Positions 12,300 to 26,500 of a stretch of DNA of 64,000 nucleotides are shown here, piece after piece; the stretch's first letter is position 1; each line of letters begins with the position of its first letter. Below the pieces are notes generated by a model. That model made no database searches, was not told the origin of the DNA, and saw nothing but the letters and a program-made list of their open reading frames with translations. Origin of the DNA: Cycas panzhihuaensis (lineage: Eukaryota; Plantae; Cycadophyta); assembly GCA_023213395.1 (NCBI GenBank), contig CM041465.1, forward strand, positions 200,949,741-201,013,740. Reading direction: 5' to 3'. The translations under genes and the position numbers were made by a program.

Positions 12300-13960
12300 T
12301 GTAGTCACTTGAGAGATTGGAGATATATGAGAATGGAGGATGGGTCACATGGCCTTCTATTAGAGCTCTTTCAACTAATGACTGGTAGATATTGAGATAG
12401 CAATGGAATGTGAGGTATTAGAGGACTTCATGAGTTCATGGGTACCATTAGATCATTTGTTTAAAGTCTGTGGGATTCGATATATCTAGATTAATCCTTG
12501 AGATATTAGGAGGATACTTGGGGTGAGTTAGTGTGGGACTGAGATTTGACTAAGTTGAGTGATAGACAAGGAGTCACAGGATCCCTATAGTCAATACTTG
12601 ATAGGGTTTGCTAACCAATTTGGTATACACGGTATTTCACTTGAGGTAATGAGGATGGTAGAAGAGATTCTAACACTCAAGAAGGTGCTAAGTTATATCA
12701 TTATATTTTATATTACCAAGTCACAGAACTTTATGGGCGTTATAGCCTAATATGTAGGTATTATCATATAATATGAGGTATGTACTAGGATGAACTGGGG
12801 TAGCTTCATCCTTTATAGTATGAGTTTACAACTGACTCATATTCGAAGGTAAGGATGTAGAGGAATCTCATACAACTCAATCCTCATGTGTTTGCTACAT
12901 GACTATGTGCCATTGATGAGACCAGTTGGAGTACTTGGGGAGCTTAACATCATAAACCTTGGTATGAATAGGTGGCATATGTAATCATAAGTTTATAATA
13001 GACTAACAATCATGGTTAGGAGTATATATAGTCTTTTATTGGGTAGGATGGCTAAGAACCAATCAGTTCCTAATCCCTACAATAGGATGTAGGCTTGGAC
13101 AGATGATGAGGCTGATGATGCTAAGAGCATAGCAATAGGGATACATCCTATTATACCTAGATGCAGGGGCCAAGGAGCATCTAATGATACTTAGAGACAA
13201 GGTGGTCAGGGAGTGGGTAGGGTATGTGATAAGAGAGGTGGAGATGAGGGTAGAGGATGAGAGAGAAGGATTATTCCAGATATAGCAAGAGCAACAGGAG
13301 GTGGTTCTCCTACATATATTATAGATATTGGCTTTGATGATGGTCATGCAACCTTAGCAGGTGGTGGTAGAGAGGAAGAGATTCCCTAACAACTAGTTGA
13401 AGGAGAAGCAACACAACCAACAAGTATAAATAATAATTTATTTTGGGTAAGAGGTTTTTATATTATTATAATAATGTGTTGGGCAAATTGACTAATATTA
13501 TCATGCATATATGATAGATAAGGTCATAATATCACTTTTTGAGATGAGGAGGATTCTAAATATCCTTCATCTATATGTGTCTACTCCAAAAGATCCTCTT
13601 ATGTGGCATACTAATGATTAAGTATTACTCAGTTCCCATATGGAATATTTTGATCCAACTATTTGGTATGAGATATATTATGGTACAACTAGGTTTATAA
13701 GAGACAGAGTTGTGGGGAGCTAAAGACAAGCAACATCACATATGAAGGATGAACATTTTACAGGTAGGTAGATATGTGACTCCTTTAGGCAATATGAGTG
13801 TTCAATAAGATAGACATGGTCCTCATAATTGAGAGTAGATATATAACCATTCTTATAGTCACCATTTAGGAGGTGGTTATAGTAGTTCTTACCATCTGTC
13901 ATGTGGATGAGCATGTATATAGGGAGAGAGAGGAGCAAGCTCCATGGCCAGTAGGATGTA
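12300..13960 (+). pseudogene. Plant mobile domain (PMD / MAIN-like) extra ORF, antisense to Tat1 pol, decayed
   Basis: WVPLDHLFKVCGIRYI*INP*DIRRILGV (12439) resembles WxPETHTFHLPxGExTITLEDVxxLLGL. MNWGSFILYSMSLQL...LMCLLHDYVPLMRP (12790) resembles YxWGxAVLAxLYRxL...LLQxWAWEHxPxxRP. EYFDP occurs at ~13643. Boundaries approximate. Confidence 0.65.
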
Positions 13961-16099
13961 TGAACATGTATACTCATGATGATTTATATATGCCGAGGGG
14001 AGTTATATGACTATAGTGTTGTATATATGGCTTGGTATACTATTTGATCTCTTATATATATAACATTATTATTTTGTTTCCAAAGATTATAGATGTGCAA
14101 AGGGTTATTGTCTATAACCTTATTGCCCCCTATCTTTTCTTATTTTATGATATATATTTGATTAACTTCATATATATGCTCTACCTTATACCTAATAAAA
14201 AAAGTGTGAGTTGTTTTTTTTTTCTTTGATAATAATATTTACATGGTAGTTTATACTGATTTCAGAGTCGTAGTTTATACTCATTTTGGAGTGTTGCCCC
14301 CAAAGAAGAGTTGTCTAAGATAGTTGTTTAGAATATGCAATACTAAGGAGTTAGCATTATTATTCTGATTGTATGAGATATATTATATAGTAACTAATGT
14401 GAATGAATACAACAATGGCAAAGCCTAATTGTGAAGGGCATGCAATTGAGGAGAGTGGACATAATATATACTAACTAGTTGGTAGAGTATAACTTGAGAA
14501 TCAGAATACAAGTTAATGGGACTATTACAAAAGTGTAATATATTTGTCAAGGCTCTTATGAATACTATATACTTAACTTTGTTATTAGTTGCTTGAGGTA
14601 AAAACATGTTAGTAGAGGTTAAAGATTACTTAACTGACCATACACTACCCATGTAACAATAAATAGTCCTAGGTTACCCTTGCTACTTCCATCGGTATGT
14701 ATACTCAATGCCATGGTAAATGAGGATCAATACTCAAAAGTGATAGATATGGGAAGAGGTAGGAATCAACCTATGAGAAATTAGTTGTTATGAAAATGGA
14801 GTTAGTTTTGACTATAAAATAAGGAGGATAGGATCATGACCAAGCTTAATCATCATAAGAATATCACTCTAAATATATAAGAAAACAAAGATTACAATGG
14901 TGTCAAATAGGTTTTGATCACAATTGAGGCCATAGTGGACCTAAGCAACTAGATCTAAAGGTCCTAAATGATGCACCCAAATGAACCCAACGTACAATGA
15001 ATGTAGGTGGAGATGAAGCTGTCATGTGAGTTACTCAAGATAGCAAGAGGGTGCCAAGAATGAATAAACAACTTTACTCACTTACTTTTTGACTTTCAAC
15101 TTTTTTTTTTTGACTTTTTAAATTATTTTGGATTTTTTTTTAAAATTTTTTTTTTTTGAACAAATAGTATCAACTACATCATTCCATATAATAGTTTAGA
15201 TGAGGGTCATAGTGAACCAAGCATCATTAAACCTACTTTCTAGAAGATACTCATTCACCATCTTGGTTATGATCATTATGTAATTTTTACTAAGATAAGA
15301 TGAAGAGAGAACATATGACCATGGATAAATGATGACTCACCTAATCATGAAATATCTTCTTATAATATGATAAGGATAACCCTTTTTAATGAAACTAAGG
15401 TAATAAGAGCTATCAACTAAATTCCTTAAAGATTAAACCATAAGAAAGAAAGGATCTCTAAATCATAATATCTTTGAGTATAAAAGGAAGGTGGTTGAAT
15501 GAGCAACAACCTTAGGAGTATAATAGGAGGATACCCATAATTGGATCAAGTATAAAGTGAAATAACTATATGTAAAAGGTGTGCAAGTAGACTAAGTCTT
15601 GATACTGATGAATGAGAATCTAAATAGAGCAAAGTATCTCATGCATCGATTAGAGATAACCACTTAGAATTGATATCTAATAATGACCTTAATTAGCAAA
15701 GCTAGGGGCCCAACTTCTCTTCTAAGTTTGAAACCTAGAAGAGAAAAATAAAAGTGCTTTGATCAAAGCAAATAAAGTGAAGAGGTATGCCTAATGACTA
15801 ATGCTTATGGCTAATAAAGAGGTAGTAGTTTTATATGGTCATTAAGAATAATTGATATACAACAAGCTTCAAAATCAATCTAAAAATGGAAATAGATAAA
15901 GGGGAAAGCTATAATTGCATGCAAGTAAAAATCATAACAAAAAGACAAAGGAGTTGTCTCTTCTTTTAGTTCATCAAGTGATAAAGGTCTTGGAGCCATA
16001 GTTTAACCTCATTATGGAGAATTTTGTTCTTAATGTTAAGCATAGAATTTTTATAGAAATTGTGAATTAATGAGTTTCTGAAGTTGTAATCCATCAAGA

Positions 16100-16689
16100 G
16101 TTGAGATGTAGTAAGTACCATTCTCTAAATATTCAATAACTAGACATGGTCCTACCCATTTGAGTGCAAATTTTTGTCATCTATCATGCAAGTATTTAAG
16201 CTTAATGATTTATCTCCAATATTAAATTTACATAGTCTCAGTTGTTAGTCATAGGCTACTTGGGCTCTAGCTTTTGAAGCTAGATTATTTTGAAGGGCAA
16301 TTAAATGGAGATGAGTCCAAGGGAAACTTCCTTTTTAAAAGATTGGTGAGAGGTTTAATATCTAATGTAAAGTTGGTTATAAAACATAATAGAAAACCTA
16401 GCTTCCCAAGAAATGATTTAACGTATTTCTATGTATAGGGAGGTGGTATTTCAATAATAACTTTGACCTTATTAGGGTTAACCCTAATACCATCACGAGA
16501 GACTATATCACCTAGCATTTTTCCTAACATAATTACAAATATACACTTGTTTGGATTGAGATAAGGCAACATTTCTAATACATTTCAAAGATTACTCATA
16601 AATATCAAATACGGTCTCATCGATGATATGATAAGGCAAGCATGTCATCCAAATAAATTACTTTTATGATGTTAATATAATCATGGAAG
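16100..16689 (-). pseudogene. pol: Tat1 RT C-terminal half fused directly to the integrase C-terminus
   Basis: FHDYINIIKVIYLDDM, NPNKCIFV, GKLGFL...PLTNLFKK, then ALQNNLASKARAQVAYD...KFNIGDK...KWVGPC. RNase H and the integrase core are absent. Confidence 0.8.
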
Positions 16690-17036
16690 TGAAGGGAGAG
16701 AGAGATTCAGAAGGATTAAAGCATTTTACGAATGACATTAATGATAACATATTTCCAATATTATAAAGGTAGTATTAAGGGACACCTAGGGGCCTTACAA
16801 CCTAGTATATGTAGATGGGAGTTGGGAAGGAGCCCAATATCTATTGTATTTTAGTATTTAAAAATACCATTAAAAAAAATATTTTCTATTTGGCTTAGTG
16901 TTGGCTCTATTAACCCTAATGCCAACACACATATATTAATAATCTAAATTAACATTATCTAACATTCACCCCCACCCCCCTCCAAAATGTTCATTTGGGA
17001 AGACTTTAATCTTCTCTTTAAATTTGTGAAACTTAC

Positions 17037-17198
17037 ACTTTCTAAGAGCTTTAGTAAAGATATTTTCCACCTATTCTTCTGTGTTATAATAGGTTAACTC
17101 AACCTTACTACTTAAACTTTCTAAGAGCTTTAGTAAAGATATTTGCCACCTATTCTTCTGTGTTGTAATAGGTTAACTCAACCTTACTAGCTTAAACT
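17037..17198. repeat. 79-bp tandem duplication in the Copia RNase H C-terminus
   Basis: TCTAAGAGCTTTAGTAAAGATATTT...AACCTTACTA(G)CTTAAAC starts at 17041 and again at 17120. Confidence 0.93.
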
Positions 17199-19214
17199 AA
17201 TTCTTTGATGAAATAATATTGAGACTTAATATGCTTTATTTTGTTATGAAATACTAAATTTTGAGTCATTTGTATGGTACTTTAGTTCTCACACTATATT
17301 TATATGGGACCATCCTATTTTACATGTATGTCCTAGAGTAGTCTTCTTAGCTAAACTATTTCACAAGCTCTTGATACTACTACTTTATATACTACTCCTA
17401 CAGTAGATAAGGACATCGTGTTTTATTTCTTTGAACTCCAAGCTATGGATGTTGAACCCAAACTAAAAATGTAGCCTGATATAGATTTTCTATCATGAAT
17501 ACAACCTGCCTAATCAAAATCTGTATAGTTAATTAGTCTATAATTTATAGATGACCTATAATGTAGTCCATAGATAACTATGCATTTTAAGTATCTAAGG
17601 ATCCTTTTTATTGCTTGCTAATGTGATACTTTGGGATTATGCATGAATATGGAAATAATACTTACTGCATACATGATATCAAGCTAAGTCAAAGTTAAGT
17701 AGATCAAACTACCAATCATTTGCCTATAGAGTGTAGGATCAACCAATGTTGATTCTTCATATTTAAATAGTTTTATCCTGACTTTAGATGGTGTAGCAAG
17801 TGCTTTATAATCACTTATGTTAAATTTTTATAATAAGTCCAAGGTGTATTTTCTTTGGGAAATAAATATCCCATTCTCATCTTACTAAACCTTTAGACCT
17901 AAGAAGTAGTGCATGAGTCCTAAATTAGTCATTTTAAATTCTTTACATGTCTTCTTTAAATTTTTAAGATAATTAAGAATCGTTATTTGTGTAAACATGG
18001 TCATTAATATATAATCCTATAGTGAATATTGGACTTCCTTCTATCTTAATGTATAAATTAGGATCTGATTGACTCTTTTTTAATCCTTTATCTCTAAAGT
18101 ATTTATCAATCCTAGAGTACCAAGCTTTAGGTGCTTATTTTAGTCCATACATGGCCTTTTTGAGTTTGTAGACCTTGTGTTCTTCCTCTTTACTTCAAAA
18201 TCTTTGGGTTGCTATACATAAATCTCCTCTTTTATATATTTATTTAAGAAGACACTTTTAACACCCATCTGTTAAATAGTCCAACTTTTTTGTATAGCTA
18301 AACTTATCATTAGATGAATTACTTCCATTTTGGCAACTGGGAAAAATGTCTCATTATAGTTAATTCCTTCAATTTATGCATATCTTTTAGCAACTAGCCT
18401 TACTTTATATTTGTCAATTATCCCATTTGATTTGAATTTGGCCTTATAGACCTATTTTGTACCAATTATAGTTTTATTTAGTGGCAAGTTAACCAATTCC
18501 TAAGTATCATTTTTTACTAGGGCATTGTACTCTTCATTCATTATATTTTCCCATTTATCTTTTGATTTAGCCTCTTTAAAAGTATGAGGCTCATTTGATG
18601 CTATGACTTGGCTCATTAAGGCAAAATTAACTCTGAAAATATATGGACCTTCTTTCAAAATTATTATCTAAAATATTGAAAGGATCATGACCTTTTTTAA
18701 CTCATTTTGGGACTCTTTGATTGAATGTGGAAGGTCTTACTTCATTTGTGTTATAAAACAAATGGAGTGAAGAGTGGAGTAGGTATGCAAAAAATCAATC
18801 CATATTGTGAAACATGAGCCAAAGTATCATATTATTCAAGCCATTGTATGGGAGTATACATAAAATCTCCAAAGTAGGTGGTGTCAAAAGACACCAAGGT
18901 TATGCACCCTATAGAATATGTAGTTGTGAGGGAAGAGGGAAACCTCCTCAACCTCTAAAATTTAAACAATAATAAAATAATACATAACTCAATATAAAAT
19001 TAAACTCACTTAACTCACACTTAACATGTGTGCACTCACATGTGTTTAAGGTATGAGTGAGGTGATAAATATTAGCCCTAATAAGCTCCCCCTTAATGTT
19101 TATCATAATCATCCATTATTTCTCCTTAAACTTGTGATACATGTACTTGAAGAAAACTTTGAAAACTTATCATTTAGTTTGATAGTCAACATGCTTGATA
19201 CAATCAATAATAAT

Positions 19215-19799
19215 TTACCACATCAAATTTTCAACCAAGTGTGTCTCTTTAATATTATGTAGTGTGAATAACTTCCAAGTAGGTATAATGGTGGTAGCTT
19301 GATTTGAATGAATATAAATGACTTTGTATTGATCTTTGTTCTTCACTTGAGTTGAGTCTATAATACATACAATCTTACCAAATGTGATATTGGAGTCATT
19401 ATTTTCATTAAAATCTATACTAATATAAGAAATGTTAGTCTTTTTATCATAACATACTTGCTCTAACATCAGCCTTATAGGAAAAACATCATCAATGTAA
19501 TTAGTAATATTTAAATCTATGGTACCTCTCCCATAAATCAATTCTAAAGTATTCCACATAGATTTGAATATGGTCATTTCAGAAACACTAGAAAATACAT
19601 TATGATCTATACTACAAAATAAAAGAGCTATGGCTTTATTATCCCTTTTCAAATCTTTTTTATTGTTTGGTTCATATCCATCATTTATATATTTCTAAAG
19701 GTTATTTAAGATAAGATGTACTTTCATTATGGTTCTCCAAAGCTGAAAGTCATTTCCATCAAATATTAGAAAATTAATATCACTTAAATTCATTGCCAT
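19215..19799 (-). pseudogene. gag: Copia-type Gag (UBN2-like), 194 codons with one internal stop
   Basis: MAMNLSDINFLIFDGNDFQLWRTIMKVHLILNNL*KYINDG...KRDNKAIALLFCSIDHNVF...MWNTLELIYG. The single TAG at 19695-19697 sits where the conserved LW tryptophan is expected. Confidence 0.85.
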
Positions 19800-20364
19800 T
19801 GTATAAAGGTTTTAGTACATGATCAATAAATATAGTTTCAATGAATAACTAAGAGGAGTAATACTCAAATAAAAATATGATGCAAAACTTTATATCAAGC
19901 TATAATGAGTGCTAGTAAAAGTGATTAATATACTCTTCTTCCTTTAATAAACAAAAAATAAATGTTAATATGCAATTTAATACTTCCGGATTGATATATT
20001 TTTGTAGTAAAAATAGGAGGCTATATGCTCTTTTGATTGTGATGCAAAGTAACAAGGAAATCCTTAATATTTAAATGTCATTTAAGGTAAATAACTAATC
20101 AATGAAACTTGGAACTAAGCTTTTGTAAATTTTAAGTTGAAGAAAAGGACTAAAGCCTTTGATAAAGAATAAAATAACTTCTTAATTAATATGCAAGATA
20201 AAGATATTATATTTTGAATTCTAAAGTGCTCCTTTATAAGAACAAAAATAACTATATAAAACTTACAATTTTTGAATAGAAAATATGCTTAAAGTGATTA
20301 AAAGTGCCAATAAACTATTTATATTTGTTTGATAATGCAAAAAAATGAAATAAAAATAAGGTAG

Positions 20365-23300
20365 ATGGTACCTATTTCCTAACTACCAGGAATAGACATG
20401 GGCGACTCAACTCAGTTAAGTACAGGTATGCTTCTATCCTTGCATCCACTAACTTTAGAAACTTTTTAATAGAGGTGCATTACACATCGATTGGTTGAGT
20501 ATGTAATCATTATGTATTTGTTGTATGTTCACGCTACGTCTTGACATTTTTTAGCCTATGATGACTCGAGATACATATCCCATGGTACTCTATGGCCCTC
20601 CGTCATGTCTCCACGTGTCCCCCAGTATTTTTGACCTCTATAGCCCATTTCACACCATTCCTTGGTATGACATAGCCCCTAACACCCTATTTAGGACCGA
20701 TTGTCACCCTCATGTGCCACTTGTTTCTTTTTGGAATCCTTGAGCACCATTTTCTCACTTATTGTGACCCCTTTGGGTTCCGTGACCCCTCCTTACTATT
20801 TTGTCATTGCATTATGCTCTCTTAGGGCCTAAGACCTCCTGAAAGCCTCTGGGACTCTTCCCCTTTTGTTTTTCCCTTAGTTTTGGCCGCACCACTGTAA
20901 ACTCAGTAATACAACTGCAAACTTCATGGTCCCGCAAAGTTTGCCACGATGTAACTGTTTAAAACTTTTTTTATCTGGCCACGATTAATTTCCTACTAAA
21001 TACAAAATTTCCACATGGCATTGGGCTATTTCCTGCCCAGGGTGAACCCTAATTGCTCGCTAAGCTAGGGTTGGGTTTAAAAACTTAAAATTTACCTCAT
21101 TTTCATTTCTTCTTACTCTCTTTTTTCTCCATCTTCTTTAGAAAAAGTTTTGAACAAACTCCAACCCTACTATACTTTCTCCACACTTCAACTATCAGCT
21201 CCTCTAGGATAGAAAACACGAGTTGTAGGTCTGCAGCAGGGCCAGCTAAGATAGAGTCATGTTCTAAATGCTTTACCGAGCCTCAAGTATCATTTCTCTT
21301 GCTGGTTATGCTTATTTTCCATGGTATTATAGGGATTTTCTAATAATCCCCCAAAGGGACCTCCCGTTTTAGCCAGTTTGCCTAGTAGATCTACCTCAGA
21401 TCTATCCTTACCATGTATCGACATATCTGCCTTTGCTCCTTTCTTTCATAGCATAAGTATCCTTTTGCTTGTCTTTTCCTACTTGCATATGCGAAGTTCT
21501 CCTTCATCTTTATGTATTAGGCCACCCTTGAGGAGAAGGTGTATGGGCGAAAAACCCTACATAAGACTCCTTTCACTCTCCTATAGACCACTTTTCCTTC
21601 CCTATGCCTTCCTTGCTTACCCAAAAACTTCTAGAGTGGGGATCTCTACCGATTGTAGCATTAGCAACCCCTTGATACGCCTGCAACTAGCCATCAAGAA
21701 CCCCATACAACCTAGTCATTAGCCCTCTTTTGTGTCTTTTTAACTTTGGACTTACTTTTACAAAATCTTGCAAAAGTTACACTTTGTAATTTTTGTAGCT
21801 TCTACAACTTTTGCATATTTCTTGTAACTTTTTCTTTCATATGCAAAACCTATTTTTCTCTTACTATTAAGAGGTTTCGACTCTTTTAGCCATTTACTTG
21901 AGTGCTTGGGAATGCATGGGCTTTCAATTGGGAGTGTTATCCATTCTAAGGCTACCCATTTTCTTCCCTTTCACCCCTTTTTTTCCATATTATCTACCTG
22001 TTACGTACACAAGGTAACACAATACCAACATTGTATGTTTTATTATTTGATAGATATTTGTTAAGCCCAATATCTTTTGTCCCCTTTTTCTTTTAGAAAG
22101 GAACACATATATACATATATATTTTCTTATATATACTTGCTCCCACACACAACTAGAGCCTCCTTAGGAAAGGGCAAACCTTGTGTTGTGTAGGTTCCAT
22201 ATGCTTCAGAGCGAACAAAGACCTCTATTGTAGGTATGTCTCCCTTTCCCATTGTTATTATTATGCTTTAAAATTATAAATAGAAGCATTTCATTCTTTC
22301 CTTTTGGTTTCTTTTACATTTGAATATTGGGGAAGGTAAGGAAGCCCCCTCTTTCTGGTCCTTCTTTCACTATGCCATCCACAGAAAGGTGCATCAAGGA
22401 GGTAAGCTTGGACCATGAAGGAAGTATGGAAGACACTACTCTGACCGTCCAATTCCTATGTATGTTTTCCCTACCTTGTCTTTTCTTTTCTCTCCCTTCT
22501 TCCCCCCTTTTATTCCCAAATGAAAAAAGAAAGACAAAAGGAATATACAACTTGCATTCTATAGGTTATTGTTGCTTGCCTCATTTAGATGCATAGAGAA
22601 AAATAATTAACTAGCACTAATAAGTGTTACCTTTATTCAATCATGTCTTTACTTGTTTCCTCTCTCACCTAAACCCTCATTTCCACTAGGATTTAGGCGA
22701 GGCAAGTTGTGCATCTATCCATTTGTACCTTGCTTCCCACTTGCATATTATTGGGTGGGTTTGCATTTCACACTCGCATTCTTTTCCTTGGTTTCTTGCT
22801 TGCCCTTCTTTTTCCTATATTTATGAAAGATAAAGAAAGGGAGTTTAATACTTAGGAAAGAGAGAGTGAGTGTGTTATTTCTTTTGAGTTCATTTTTCTT
22901 ACTATTAAAAAATGAAATACAAACAACAATAAACTGTATTCCTACATTACCTTACTCTATAACAAAAATAAATAAAGGAATAATATACCTTGTTTTATCC
23001 CCCACACCTGACTCCCGTCTTAGGTGTAGGTGCCTTGAGGGTACCTCCTCTTAAGGTCATCTTTTCTCTCTTTAGCGAAGCCTCCCTTGGCTTTACCTTT
23101 AGTCTAAAGTTGGTCCTTCAACCCAACTTCTTCCTCATTCACTCACGCTGCTAGACACTCGTGGCTTGTATATGATCCTCTTCTCCCTTTGGTTAGGACT
23201 TGTTCCACTCATCCCTCTCTTTACGAGAAGAGGTGTGCCCTTGCATTCACCCTCCTTCCTTAGTCATCCAGGATGAGAGGGTCCTTTTAGAGGTTACTTA

Positions 23301-23556
23301 GGAAACTGAGGAGATCCCTCTTTTGCCCCAGCTCTGAATCGAAGAGGTGTTTACCTGGAAGGGAGTTTGTGCACCATTTGTGGGTCCTTGAACCTGTGTT
23401 CTGACACATAGATGCCCTTTATGGGTGATCATTCTTCCTTATTCTTGTAGATCCTTAGCCATGAAGTTGTCAGTTGTGTTGGCTCGATCTCTTCCAATCT
23501 GTTGACCCCCCCTCCCCCGAGGTGTGATTCCAATACCCATTTGATGTTTTACCGCA
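20365..23556. mobile_element. ~3.2 kb higher-GC insert inside the TR-GAG-like element, probably a solo Gypsy LTR
   Basis: Sharp compositional change with more CpG retained and no convincing ORF. Its size and the GC-rich terminal block resemble the Tat2 LTR. Ends and TSD unresolved. Confidence 0.45.
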
Positions 23557-26500
23557 CTTAGGTTTCTTGAAGCTTAAAGAGCTAAAACTGATATAGGTTA
23601 GCTATAAAATAGCTTATAATATATATGAAAAGCTAAAAATAACTCCAAGAAATTGATTAGCAGTAGATAATAATCAAATAGAATTGTTTGAAATGAAAAA
23701 AAATACTAAAAAAATATTATTAAATAGTCTTGTGTAGGATTGAACTAGAACCTCAACTTCAGTAGATTTTAAATCATACAAAATGATGTCAAAACACAAT
23801 GAAACTAATTCTAACATAAAGTGCTCTGAAATAGATTTTCAATAGTTCTTACAGTTCTAAAATCAGAGCTAACATGATCAAGTTATTGCAAATACTGTGA
23901 ACATATCTCTTTATGGCTAATATAATAAGTGCTAAAAAAAATTATCACTTTGATTAATTAAAACTCAGCTGAAATGAACTCAAATCAGTCAAGTGATAAC
24001 ACCATAGTGAATATCACTGAAATACAGTTCTAACGAGTTTAGTTTCACTGAAATTTGATACTTCAGGGGTAAGTTATAATGAAAAATGTGACACGTCCTC
24101 TTCAAGTAAAAATATAATTAAAAATTTTAATAAAGTAAATAAGCCATTTTTTAAAAAAGGAAGCACGATCACATGGAGTAATTTTAAACGATATCTTGGT
24201 ATCTGGGAGTGTTGCAGACCTCAAGCAACTTGGAATAGGCTTATCAACTCTTGAAAAGAGACAAAGTCAAAAAAATATCTTAAAAAATGAAATGTACCTC
24301 TTAATAAAGTCTCAAGGAGTGAGGCCATATTGGATGAGAGATTGAGGGCCAAGATGAAAGAGGCTAATATCCTTCATAAACTTTGGATCTCAAAAAATAT
24401 TAATAATGATTACATTTTTCAAGTTTAATCAAACTTTAGAATATAAATCAAATAAAAATTAAGAAATCAATATAAGAAAGACGATTAAAAAATCATAACT
24501 TGCACAACTCACTATGGATGCTGCAAAGGAGATTTGTGAGCCAAATGATCACCAAACTAAGATCAGAGAGCTTTGATCTTGTAGTTTGATAAGGGGTGCT
24601 AATAATGGAGAAGTTAATCGATCGAAAAAAATGGAGAGAACAATGTTTCTAATCACATTTTTGAAGACGTAGACGGTGGCGCAGAAAGACAAATGGCAAT
24701 CAGATGGAGGAACAAAGGATAAATTCAAGCAGAATAAGCACTAAAAAGTGATTAGAATTCTTCAAACTTGTATATAGATGAGGGGTACCTGGCTATATGA
24801 ATCAATTTATAAAAAAAATTCAAAAAATACTTGATATAAGTTAAAAAAAACAAAGAAAAATGATGAGAAACCTAGGCAAGGAGGTTCACTTAATTAAAAC
24901 TCTCTATAGAGGGCACAATTTCTCATAAGATTTTATGGGTAGTTGGGTATACCAGATAGTAGGATGCTAGTGAAATTTCATGATTAATGATTGCTTGTAG
25001 GCTCAGAATGAAGAAACAGAGAAAAATAAGTCAAAAACATATATATTGTGACTCTGAGTGAGATTTCTCTCAATATAGGTGACGAAATCAAGTGCAGTTT
25101 CTTCTGATGGGTAGAGGATTCAATTGCAAACAGAATGAGTAGTCATGTGCAATAATTCTAAGCAACATGGGAGCTATAATCACTAGTTCTAAACTCACTA
25201 TGAATGATTCCAAAAAAATAAAAAACGAAACGAACGTAATATAAATGAAATATTAACGAATATAAATGATTTTTCATATAGTTTAATGCCTTTTATGAAT
25301 AATATCATTCACATACCAAAAATAATCATGACAAGTTATCGTGAGGCTCCCAAATTCAAATAACACTCACTCTAATACTAAATATTAGAAAATAATTAGA
25401 GTGCAGAGTAGAGAACGTATGTAGAAAATCAATCCATATTGTCAAACATAAGCCAAAGTATCATATTATTCAAGCCATTGTATGAGAGTATACATCAAAT
25501 CTCCAAAGTAGATGGTGTCAAAAGAAACTAGGGTCATGTACCCTATAGAATATGTAGTTGTGATGGAGGAGGGAAACCTCCTCAACCTCCAAAATTTAAA
25601 TAATAATAAAATAATACATAACTCAATATAAAATTAAACTTACTTAACTTCCCCTTAACATGTGTGCTCTCATATGTGTCTAAGGTGGGAGTGGGGTGAT
25701 GAACATTAATCTCAACAATTTGGGATTACTTCATTGAGACTTAGTATGCTTGTGAATTTAGTACTTGAATTTATTTCTACCATGATATTCTTTCCCTTAT
25801 CTTTTTTAATTTCTAGTTGAAAGCATTCATCTTCCTTAAAGATGACATCCCTTCTCATAATTATCTTCTATTTTTTAGGATTAAATAGTTTATAAGATCT
25901 AAAGACATCACATCCTATAAAGATACATTTGGTGCTTTTGTCATCCACCATTTTTTTCTTTTATTCTGGTATATGATCAAGTGCTAAGCACCCAAAAATC
26001 TTCAAGTGATGTATGCTTGGCTTGTGACATATTTAAGCTTCTTCTAGTGTGACCCACCTAAGCACCATGGTGGTACACCTATTCAATAAGCATATTATCG
26101 TATGCACTTCTTCTACCCAAAATTCATATCCAAGCTACTTATCTTTAAGCATACATCTTGCCATTTCAACAATAGTTCGATTTTTTCATTTTGCTTATCC
26201 ATTTTATTATAGAGTATAGGGATTGGTGAGTTGTATCCTTATACCATGATAGCTACAATATACTTTGAATTTATTTGAAATGAATTCTCCCCCATTATCT
26301 GATTTGAGGGTAAGAATTCTATGGACACTATATTTTTTAACAAAGGTTTTAAAGTTAACAAAACACTGAAAGACATCTGATTTAAATTTGAAGAAATATA
26401 TCCAAGTTTTTCTAGTGAAATCATCAATGAAGGTCATGAAGTATTTTATGCCTCCTAGTGAAGGTCCATCCATGGGTCCACATAGGTTTGTATAGATCAG

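Larger units (their letters stand above)
18749..25717 (-). mobile_element. Non-autonomous gag-only LTR retrotransposon (TR-GAG-like) nested in the Copia
   Basis: 335-bp LTRs at 18749-19083 and 25383-25717 (~92% identical in a 140-nt block), perfect TSD ATTTG, decayed iMet PBS 25369-25380 and PPT 19084-19094. The only recognisable coding content is gag. Confidence 0.9.
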
